Assembly (NCBI RefSeq): GCF_006345805.1
Contig: NC_043014.1
Span: forward strand, 21,576,001 to 21,640,000
DNA: 64,000 bases
Direction of reading: 5' to 3'
Origin: Octopus sinensis
Lineage: Eukaryota
The translations under genes were made by a program, and so were the position numbers. Each line of letters opens with the position of its first letter. Within the stretch, counting starts at the first letter, position 1. Positions 14,445 through 24,499 of the stretch are shown piece by piece. Under the pieces are notes generated by a model. It searched no databases, was not told the DNA's origin, and was given only the letters and a program-made list of their open reading frames with translations.

Positions 14445-17400
14445 ATGAAATCTGCCAAATGCAAGCTTTCTTTTCAGGTACATGACACTGCTGTCCCTCG
14501 TCCCAGGGTCTCTGATGCCCACACCTCCCAACCCTCAGAGTTGGCACGCTCAACGTTGGCACATTGAAAGGTAGGTCTGGAGAGATTGTAGAGCTGCTTG
14601 AACGGAGACGTGTGGATGTATGCTGTATCCAGGAAGTAAGGTGGAGAGGAGGTTCTGCTAGGCTCCTCACGGGCAAGGAACACAGGTACAAGATTTTCTG
14701 GGCAGGGAACATTGACGGTGTCGGGGGCGTGGGTATACTTCTCGCGGAGAAATGGATAGGTAAGGTAATCGAGGTAGTCAGAATAAGTGACAGAGTAATT
14801 AAAATTAGATTAGTTCTTCACCATAGGACAGCTACCATCATCTCGGCATATGCCCCTCAACCAGGGCTACCGGAAGGACAAAAAGACCAATTCTATGACA
14901 CCCTATTGCGGACTACCTCATTGACAAATGACAGTGACCTTCTCTTCGTGGCAGGTGATTTCAATGGACATGTTGGACGACATGTCAGGGGCTTCCATGG
15001 CATCCATGGAGGCCACGGTTTTGGCTCTCGAAATGAGGAGGGAACCAGGCTGCTGGAGTTCTGCGATGCAAATGACCTTATGGTCTGCAATACCCACTTC
15101 AGGAAACCCACCTCTCACCTAGTCACCTACCGTTCTGGCAGACACACCAGCCAGATTGACTACATCCTTGCCAGAAAAAGGGAAAGAGGGCTGATTATAA
15201 ATGCCAAAACCTTCCCAGGCGAAGAATGTACTCCCCAACATAGATTAGTAGTTAGCGACTTCAGGATCAGAGCTAAATGGTCGCCCAGAAGAAGACCAGC
15301 TTGGAGGAGAAGGGTCTGGAAGCTTAAAGATCCTGCAAATGCACAGAGATTTAGAGACATACTACTCGAAGCCTCTGACGAAATAGAAGGGGATATAGCT
15401 TCACTTAATGTGGAAGACAACTGGAGATTCCTACGGGACATCTCTGCTGACAGCCACTGACCAGATCTGTGGATGGAGCAAAGTACCATCTCGACCCAGA
15501 GTAACATGGTGGTGGAACACGGTGGTTGACGGGGCTATTAGACAAAAGAGACAGGCTTGGAAGGACTGGAAGAACGGTGGTAGCAGGGAATTGTATCAGA
15601 CAGCCAAAAGGGAGGCTAGGAGACAGGTTTATTAGCCAGAGGGGAAGCGGATAAGAAAAAATTTGCCAATGTTCTGAGCCGTGAGGATGAAAGACTTGAG
15701 GTATTTCGTGTTGCAAGACAGTGTGTGAGAGAGAATCGTGATGTGGTAGGAGAGAAGTGTGTTCGCATGGATGATGGTTCACTTGCGCTAAATGAGGATG
15801 CAAAGAGAGAGGTTTGGAGATGCCACTATGAAAGTTTGCTGAATAAAGAAAATGAATGGGATAAAGAGAGTCTGCCAAATGTTGACCCAACAGAGGGACC
15901 AGCTATCCGAGTTGATAGTTCCGTAGTAGCTAAGGCAGTTAGGAGCATGAAGACAGGGAAAGCCCCAGGCCCATCAGGAATTACTGCAGAGATGCTCAAA
16001 ATATCTGGCAGTGTCGGCTATAACCTAGTCACCCGTATAGTCAACCAGGTGATACACGAAGGAGTCATACCCAATGACTGGTGTAGCAGCATACTAGTCA
16101 ACTGCTACAAAGGTAAAGGTGATGCCCTGGATACAAATAATTACAGAGGTATCAAGCTGTTGGATCAGGTAATGAAGGTTACGGAGAGGGTCTTATAGCC
16201 CAACTAATTAGAGAGAGAGTTAGTTTAGATGAGATGCAGTTTGGGTTTGTCCCAGGGAAAAGCACCACTGATGCTATATTCCTGGTAAGGCAGCTGCAGG
16301 AGAAATACCTAGCCAAGGATAAGCCCCTGTACGGCTTTTGTTGACATGGAGAAAGCCTTTGATAGGGTCCCCCGATCCCTCATCTGGTGGTCAATGAGGA
16401 AACTAGGGATAGATGAATGGCTGGTGAGGGCTGTGCAAGCCATGTACAGAGATGCCGTAAGTAAGGTTAGAGTTGGCAACATGTACACAGAAGAATTCAA
16501 AGTAGAGGTTGGGGTCCACCAGGGTTCAGTACTCAGCCCCCTCCTATTTATCATAGTCCTCCAGGCAATAACGGAGGAATTCAAGACCGGTTGCCCCTGG
16601 GAGCTCCTCTATGCTGACGACCTCGCTCTAATCGCTGAGTCACTATCAGAACTGGAGGAGAAGTTCCAGGTGTGGAAGGAGGGTTTAGAATCGAGGGGCC
16701 TTAGAGTCAACCTAGCTAAAACCAAAGTACTAATAAGTAGAAAGGTAGAAAACCCACAAATATCATCAGGAAGATGGCCCTGTTCGATCTGTAGAAAAGG
16801 TGTAGGTAGAAACTCTATAAGATGTACCCAGTGTAAGCTATGGACACATAAGAGGTGCAGCAATGTCAAAGGTAGGCTAACTGGGAAGATAGTTTTTGTA
16901 TGTGGCAGGTGCTCTGGAGCACTGACCTCCGAAAATCTGCAGAAAACAACTTCTGTCACTTTCCGGGGGGAAAAACTAGAAGTAGTTGATAGTTTCCGCT
17001 ATCTAGGTGACCAAGTCAGTAGTGGGGGTGGGTGCGCTGAAAGTGTAACTGCTAGAATAAGAATAGCCTGGGCAAAGTTTAGGGAGCTCTTACCTCTGCT
17101 GGTGACTAAAGGCCTCTCGCTCAGAGTAAAAGGCAGACTGTATGATGCATGTGTACGAACAGCTATGCTACATGGCAGTGAAACATGGGCCGTGACTGCT
17201 GAGGACATGCGTAAGCTCGTGAGGAACGAAGCCAGTATGCTCCGATGGATGTGTAATGTCAGTGTACTTACTCGACAGAGCGTTAGTACCTTGAGAGAAA
17301 TGTTGTACCTAAGAAGCATCAGTTGTTGTGTGCAAGAGAGACGATTGCGCTGGTATGGTCATGTGGCGAGAATGGATGAAGAGAGGTGTGTGAGAAAGTG

Positions 17401-17563
17401 CCAATCCCTAGCAGTTGAGGGAACCCGTGGAAGAGGTAGACCCAGGAAAACCTGGGACGAGGTGGTGAAGCACGACCTTCGGACGTTAGGTCTCACCATG
17501 GAAATGACTAGAGACCGAGACCTATGGAAGTATGCTGTGCGTGAGAAGACCCGGCAAGACTAG
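14445..17563 (+). pseudogene. RTE ORF (endonuclease-RT-zinc finger, ~1040 aa) broken by about five 1-2 nt frameshifts
   Basis: ATG at 14445 (MKSAKCKLSFQVHD...). Inferred frameshifts near 14530, 15440, 15630, 16193 and 16331. No in-frame nonsense codons in the correct frames; stop TAG at 17561-17563. Confidence 0.85.
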
Positions 17564-17834
17564 TGAAGCCATAATCCGTGGCCCCTACCTGGGACGTAGT
17601 CAGTCCACCTGTGCATACCTTCCTTCTTGTGACACTTGTGAAGACCTGTTGAGGCAAGTGAGAATCGAATCGAATCGAATCGTATCAAATCAAATCGAAC
17701 CAAATCAAAATAGATGAACATCAATGGAATTTGTATCCTTGTGGTACCAGTGCCGGTGGCACATAAGAAAACCATCCGAACGTGACCGTAGCCAGTACCG
17801 CAATGACTGGCCTCCGTGCTGAGGGCACGTAACA

Positions 17835-18150
17835 AACACCATCCGAGCGTGGCCGTCCGCCAGCCTCGTCTAGCACCTGTGTCGGTGACACATAAGAAAA
17901 CACCATCCGAGCGTGGCCGTTTGCCAGCCTCGTCTGGCACCTGTGTCGGTGGCACATAAAAAACACCATCCGAGCGTGGCCGTCTGCCAGCCTCGTCTGG
18001 CACCTGTGTCGGTGGCACATAAAAAAACACCATCCGAGCGTGGCCGTCTGCCAGCCTCGTCTGGCACCTGTGTCGGTGGCACATAAAAAACACCATCCGA
18101 GCGTGGCCGTCTGCCAGCCTCGTCGGCACCTGTGTCGGTGGCACATAAAA
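17835..18150 (+). repeat. ~61-bp tandem repeat in the RTE 3' UTR (about 5 copies)
   Basis: Unit AAACACCATCCGAGCGTGGCCGTCTGCCAGCCTCGTCTGGCACCTGTGTCGGTGGCACATAA; (AATCG)n at 17662-17700 upstream. Confidence 0.9.
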
Positions 18151-18323
18151 TCACCCACTACACTCTCGGAGTGGTTGGCGTTAGGAAGGGCATCCAGCTG
18201 TAGAAACACTGCCACATCTGACTGGCCTGGTGCAGCCTTCGGCTTCCCAGACCCCAGTTGAACCGTCCGTCCAACCCATGCTAGCATGGAAAGCGGACGT
18301 TAAACGATGATGATGATGATGAT

Positions 18324-18478
18324 ATACTATATATATATACATATTATATTATACATATATATATATACTTATATATATATACATTATATATATACATATA
18401 TATATATACATATATATAATACATATATAATATACATATATATATAATATAACATAATATAATACATATTATATATAC

Positions 18479-18509
<31 letters not shown>

Positions 18510-18868
18510 CATATATAATATATACATATATATATATAATATATATATTATTACATATATATATATATACAATATATATATATACATATATATTATATAC
18601 ATATATATATATACATAATATTATACATATATATATATACATATATATACTACATATATATATATACATATATATACATACTATATATATATACATATAT
18701 ATAACATACATATATATATACATATATATTACTACATATTATAATATACAATATATATTACTATATATATATATACATATATATATACTATATATATATA
18801 TACATATATATATACATACATATATACATATATATATACATACATAATACATATATATATACATATAT

Positions 18869-18913
<45 letters not shown>

Positions 18914-19015
18914 ATACATATAATATACATATACATATATATATACATATACATATACATATATATAACAATACAATATTCATATACATATATATATATA
19001 TATATATACATATAT

Positions 19016-19074
<59 letters not shown>

Positions 19075-19150
19075 TATCATATATTATACCATATATATAC
19101 ATATATATATACATATATATATATATACATATATATATACATATATATAT
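18324..19150. repeat. TA/CA low-complexity array (right part)
   Basis: Same composition as 4876-11420. Confidence 0.95.
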
Positions 19151-19370
19151 ACATGTGTATATATGTGTGTGTTTATATGTGTATTTGTCCCCACCATCAC
19201 CACTTGACAACCAGTGTCAGTGTGCTTAAATTCCCCAACTTAGTTCAGCAAAAGAGACTGATTGAATAAGTACCAAACTTTACAAAGAATAAGTACTGGG
19301 GCTGGTAAGTTCAACTAAAATTCTTCAAGGCAGTCTTAATGACTGAAATAAGTAGAAGATAAAAGATAGA
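19151..19370 (+). mobile_element. 3' half of the split OK-type SINE
   Basis: TGTATTTGTCCCCACCATCACCACTTGACAACCAGTG...AATAAGTACC...ATGACTGAAATAAGTAGAAG continues the consensus exactly where the 4775-4875 half stops. Confidence 0.75.
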
Positions 19371-20419
19371 TTATTACAGGGATCCTAGGGGGAGTATTAG
19401 GGAACCTCAACGAAGAGATATAGATGACAGTTGACCATTGCACTCAAGAAACTTATCAGGAATTATTATTACGATTATTTCATTAATATGTGATAATCAT
19501 GGAACATTTGTTGTTTCATTTTTAATTCTTCTTCACTTTTTATCTCACATTCCAACTCCACCCCCACCACCCTCCCTCCTGAAATGTAAGTAGTCATGTC
19601 ACTCCTCTACAACAAGAAACCCATTCTCTCTACTTCTTAACCACCTAGCAAATAGTTCCCCCTCCCCACTCAGGATTCATAATCTTGCAAGCTGCATAAC
19701 AACCCCACTAGTGCTCATGGCAAAAAAAAAATAAGTACCCAGTACCTACTGTAAGGTGTTTGGCATAGGAATGATATCTAGCCATAGAAACTATGCCAGT
19801 CCCTGGGCCCATTAGATTCTGTCAACATGGATGTTAAATGATGATAAATGAATGAATGAATAAAGAGGGCAAAGTATAATAATCTAGAAAATTGAAAGTT
19901 TTTGAAAGTTCTGGGAATATTTTGATTGATGTTTTTTTTTTTCTAGTTATCTCATAAAAATCTTTTTTATCAAGTCCATGGTTGCATATTGTGTGGTCAG
20001 ATTTCTAAAAAGTCATATTCTTTGAATAAAGAATAGAGTTGAAGACAGAGTGTTTAATTAGTAAACAAAGGAATCAGCTAGTATGCTATTCATAACTGAA
20101 GACAGTAGAGATATTCTTTTCTACTCTAGATACAAGGCCCGAAATTTGCGGGGAGGGGGCCAGTCGATTAGATTGACCCCGCAAAGATGAAAGGCAAAGT
20201 CAACCTCAGCCGAATTTGAACTTAGAACATAAAGACAGACAAAATACTGCTAAGCATTTCATCTGGCTTGCTAACATTTCTGCCAGCTCGCTACCTTAAG
20301 ACAGTAGAGATATTGCCACAACCATAACTCTACTTCAGTTTCAAATCACCTATCCTCCACAGCAGAATTGTTAATGCTGCTCCCTCTGCTGCAGAGGATG
20401 GGCCTGCAAAAGCCCCTGT

Positions 20420-20618
20420 TCCAGAGTCATGTAAAAGCACCCATGCTGGCACTGGTGTACCAGTGCTATGTAATAGCACCTGTGCCAGTGCCATATAAAA
20501 AGCACCCAACACACACTGTAAAGTGGTCAGTGTTAGGAAGGGCATCCAGCTCGCCTGCTCTGGTCAAGCCATCCAACCCATGCCAGTATAGAAAATAAAC
20601 ATTAAATGATGATGATGA
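20420..20618 (+). mobile_element. 5'-truncated RTE 3' tail
   Basis: GTGGTCAGTGTTAGGAAGGGCATCCAGC...CCAACCCATGCCAGT...TTAAATGATGATGATG. Similar tails at 38745-38975, 39085-39372, 47815-48075, 58560-59010(+) and 35925-36100(-). Confidence 0.75.
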
Positions 20619-20899
20619 ATAGGTTCAAAAGTTAATGTTCAGGTAGAAGGAGGTACTTTGTATTAAAATTGCTGATAGCCATTTCAGCAGAAATTGAGTA
20701 TATTCAAGTAAGTGATTTTCTATACAAGAGAAATATCTATTAAAAGACTATCAAATCTTAATCTCCAATCTTTCTACCATCATTATCAATAAAATAATCA
20801 GAGGGTAAATTTGGTTTCAATTCCCTAGTTAGAAATGTTTGGAGTAAAGCTTCATTTGTAACAAACGCAGTGAATCAGTTCATACTACGAGTACACTAG

Positions 20900-21385
20900 A
20901 AATAGATTCTCCTCAATGTCCAGATGCCTCACTAGAAGTAGTCAATAGCATTCATTAACTTAGGAGATGTAATTAGCAGGGAAGGTGGTTGCTCAGAAAG
21001 TATATTAATCAGAGTAAGAAATGGTTGGAAAAAGTTCAGGGCGGCAATAAAAGTCTTTTCACACAGAGTGAAGTACAGATTATACTTGTGTTAGAACAAT
21101 GCTGCATGGTAGTGAGACATGGGCCTTGAATGCAGAGGATTTGAGAAGACTGTTCAATGTAAGTATGCATGAACAATATAGAACAAATGTGTTGAGAGGA
21201 AAACGAAGCATAAGAAGAATCAGATTTAGTATACAGGGGAAAAGACTGCACTGGTGCGGACATGTGATGTGTATGGATGAGGCCAGCTATATAAAGTGCT
21301 GATGATGTGGATGGAACTTGCAGAAGGGGGAAAACCAGAAAGACAAGGGGCAGACCGGTGAAGGCTGACCTCAGGACCTGGAACC
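20900..21385 (+). mobile_element. degenerate RTE C-terminal fragment
   Basis: MLHGSETWALNAEDLRRL and RLHWCGHVMCMDE match the C-terminus of the 14-18 kb RTE. Confidence 0.8.
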
Positions 21386-22539
21386 AAACAACATTTCCTC
21401 TACTGCAAAACATTTCAGAATTACACTACGTAAATTTATTTAATATTTTTTTTTTTACAAAAAAGCCAGTTTTGCCTAGGATAATTGCAAAGCGTCTCTT
21501 TCCACAGAAATTTTTATTATAACAATAACTAAAGAGAGAAAAAAGGATGGTACATATACGGGTCAAACTAGGCACAAAAACAAAAGAAAAATAGTGTAAT
21601 AGGTGTAAAACAGCTTGCTCTAAACGAATATGAAAAAAAGACAGTAGGTATTATAAAACTTTGCAAAAATAAAAGTCTTACAATGAGAGAAATATTAAAT
21701 AATTCTTGAAAAAAAGTCCAAGATTTGTGTAGAAAAATCTGTCTCGAGGAAAACTAAGAGAATGGAGAAACACTACGAATCCAGAAGACTGCAGTTGTTA
21801 AAAACTGTGCAACGTTAGGTTTTGTACGCTAATATAAGTGGTCTAATAATCCAGAATCAAAAAATGTAGGCACGTGTATATTTGTCAACAGAGTGGTATT
21901 AATCAAAGTATACTACATTACAGATGATTTTACCAATTAGATGATCATCTGATTATTTAATATCTTGTGCGAAACCAATTGGTTATATCTGACACTTTTT
22001 AAAAAATTATTACGATAGGTACTACAACTTCGCAAAAATAAAACACCAGCCTTACAATCAGAGAAATATTAAATAATTCTTGAAAAAAATCTGTTCTAAG
22101 GAAAACTAAGAGAATGGAGGAGAAACACTACGAATATGTGTGTGGTGGGAGTATCGAGTATGTAAAGAATATGTATGGTATGAAATTGCCTCTTCATATG
22201 TTAAGAAATTCTTTTCTCTGCGTTTGTACATAAAAAATTGCTTCCGTGTCTATTTTTTGTTTATGCACATAATTAATTCACCATGAAATATATATATATT
22301 TTACACGTGTCATTATATATCTAATATATAAAGTATGCATGTCTATGTATCTGAATATGTTTGTAGACATGACCTAACAAGGTTTAATCAATCCAGTGTT
22401 TACACGAACAAGTCTATAATTAAGCCAATAATTCCACACAATCTATAATCTAATTCTACGAAATATCTGCAAAATCAAATATGCATGAGTCATTGTACAT
22501 TTGATTGTTTAAATAAACCAGAGAAAATCCATTAAAATA

Positions 22540-23300
22540 CTTACCGAAAACGTCGAAATCAAATTTTAGTAGACTGTAACATTCAAAATGGCGTTCATAC
22601 TATTTCATGGACACAATGACTTGTGTCAGCTGTTCAACTAGAAATTTAAGATTCCTTGATCTCCGCTTCAAACGACTGACGTTTAATTCGATTGGTTCAG
22701 ATCGCACTTCTTATCCTAGAGGAAATCTAAAGGTTCCAATGGCAAAATTGTTTTTAGGTTTAAAAATTCTTAATCATTATTCGCAGTCTTTACTACATTT
22801 AATTTCCTTAGTTTTTGTTTTAAAGATGCTTCCATTTAAGATTTCAAATTAATAACAGGTTATCAATGTTAAATAACAAGAAGCTGGAATGGTGAACAGA
22901 TAAGGTATGATACAGTAAAAAAAAAAAGAGAGAGAAGTTAGGAAAACGTAATTCAAATAAAATATTATCACAATCTGCTGAGGTAAGGGTGCGGTCTCCA
23001 GCATTAGTGGTCATTTATTGAGAGCAACAATTAATGACTACCTAACTGCTATATTTCCTTGCCACAACAGAGCTACCTCATTAGAATATTAATGGCTACA
23101 GAATGACCTTTGACAACACGATTGGACAATAGAGTAACAAATCTAACTAGCATAAATCAGTCATCCTCCGCGTTAATATGATGATAAACATCAATAAGGC
23201 TGACCTTACCAGCTGGCTTCAAAAAGACCGGCCATGAAAAGCAAGAAAGGATTGACGTTTACGATCGCCGACGCCTGTAAGCATAGCAATCGAGGAAGAA
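22540..23300. promoter_or_regulatory. promoter-like region with splice donors facing both directions
   Basis: Non-repeat, locally CpG-richer DNA. YY1-like CAAAATGGCG (22584-22593), TGACGT (22677), reverse CCAAT ATTGG (22691). Donors on -: GTAAGT after 22545, GTAAGG after 23210. Donors on +: GTAAGG at 22983, GTAAGC at 23277. Confidence 0.4.
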
Positions 23301-23344
23301 AAAACAAGATAGTAAATGCTATTTGCTTTGTTTAATGCTCAAAA

Positions 23345-24090
23345 CATGGCTGTATGGTCGAGGTTGCCTCTTGACCACGTGGATTTAGCTTTGCACTTGA
23401 GCCGACAAGAGCCTTGTGAGTGGATTTGATGGACGGAAACCGAAAGAAGCCCGGGATCTTTTCGGTTTGAACGGCAGTTTTTTCTAGCGGTGTCATATGA
23501 AATTGTCACCCATAATTATGACCCTAGTATCGATCTATTGCATTTCAATCTATTTTAGGGTTAGGGGTGGGGGGAAGGATATCTTTTTTTCTTCACAAAT
23601 GTAAATAAACCCAATCTGTTTCTTAAACGAGGGACATATTCATACGGCACAGAATGTTGTTTACCTCAATGGACGTCATTAATTGGTTGAAATTGAAGGA
23701 AAAAACAACAAATATCTTACAAACTATAGAATTTTTTCAATAAAGCCAAGAGAAAAAGATGTTTTATAAACACATTCTACCAGTATACGAAGTTTAAAAT
23801 TTTTTAGTTACCTAAAAATTATGTTAAAAACTGCCGTTCAAACTGAAAAGATCCGAAGCCCGTATATGTCTGTGTGTGTGTGCGTCTCTGTGTCCCTACC
23901 ACCACTTGACAACCAGTATTGGTGTGTTTACGTCTCCGTAACTTAGCGGTTCGGCAAAGAGACTGATATACTAAGTACCAAGCTTTTAAAATAAAAATAA
24001 GTACTGGGATCGATTCAATTCGATTAAAAAATTCTTCAATGCTGTACCCCGGTATAATCTCAGTCTAATGACAGAAAAAAGCAAAAGATT
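23345..24090 (+). mobile_element. OK-type SINE interrupted by a MITE
   Basis: Head ATGGCTGTATGGTCG, AGCCTTGTGAGTGGATTTG; resumes GAAGCCCGTATATG after the insertion and ends AATGACAGAAAAAAGCAAAAG. Confidence 0.7.
23454..23854. mobile_element. 401-bp MITE with GG-initiated TIRs and 8-bp TSD
   Basis: TIR GGATCTTTTCGGTTTGAACGGCAGTTTTT / AAAAACTGCCGTTCAAACTGAAAAGATCC; TSD GAAGCCCG at 23446-23453 and 23855-23862. Confidence 0.85.
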
Positions 24091-24499
24091 TATTTTATCT
24101 TTTGTTTCATTCATTGTTCAGCAACCATGCTGAGACACCACTTTCAAGAGTTTTAATCTATTCTATCGGTAACTTTTTACAAACTGCTATGCTACGAGGA
24201 CGAAAAACAACTAACATCAGTTATTAAACGATGGGGTGGAGACACAGGAACAAAACGCACACATAGATGTGTGTGTACGACAGGCTTCCACACAGTTTCC
24301 ATCTACGAAATTCACTTCGCCTGGAGCTATAGCAGAAGACACTTGCCCAAAGTATTGCATGGTTGTAGAGCGAGCTTATGCCCTTTTGAGGCTGATTTTA
24401 TAGCTGGTGTTTATAACAAAAAAACATTCCCGTAGTCTTTTCCCAGTGGTTACTTCCTTGAAGAAAGTTTAATGAAGATATCTCTTCTTCGATTGTAAT

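Larger units (their letters stand above)
14293..18323 (+). mobile_element. near full-length RTE-clade non-LTR retrotransposon
   Basis: APE endonuclease motifs (LNVGTL, CIQEVRW, GDFNGH, IDYIL), RT motifs (FVDMEKAFDRV, QGSVLSPLLF, LYADD, YLG), 3' UTR with ~61-bp repeats and a (GAT)n tail ending at 18323. Confidence 0.95.

Noticed and set aside
14337-18287. Antisense and alternate-frame ORFs over the RTE and its 3' repeats
   Set aside because: Shadows of a GC-balanced coding strand and of 61-bp tandem repeats.
21650-22140. Diverged ~120-bp direct repeat (21650-21780 vs 22018-22137)
   Set aside because: Real but A-rich, with no coding or structural signal; likely an old local duplication.
23550-23570. 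Interstitial telomere or chromosome fusion site
   Set aside because: Only two TTAGGG units, and they are inside a MITE.
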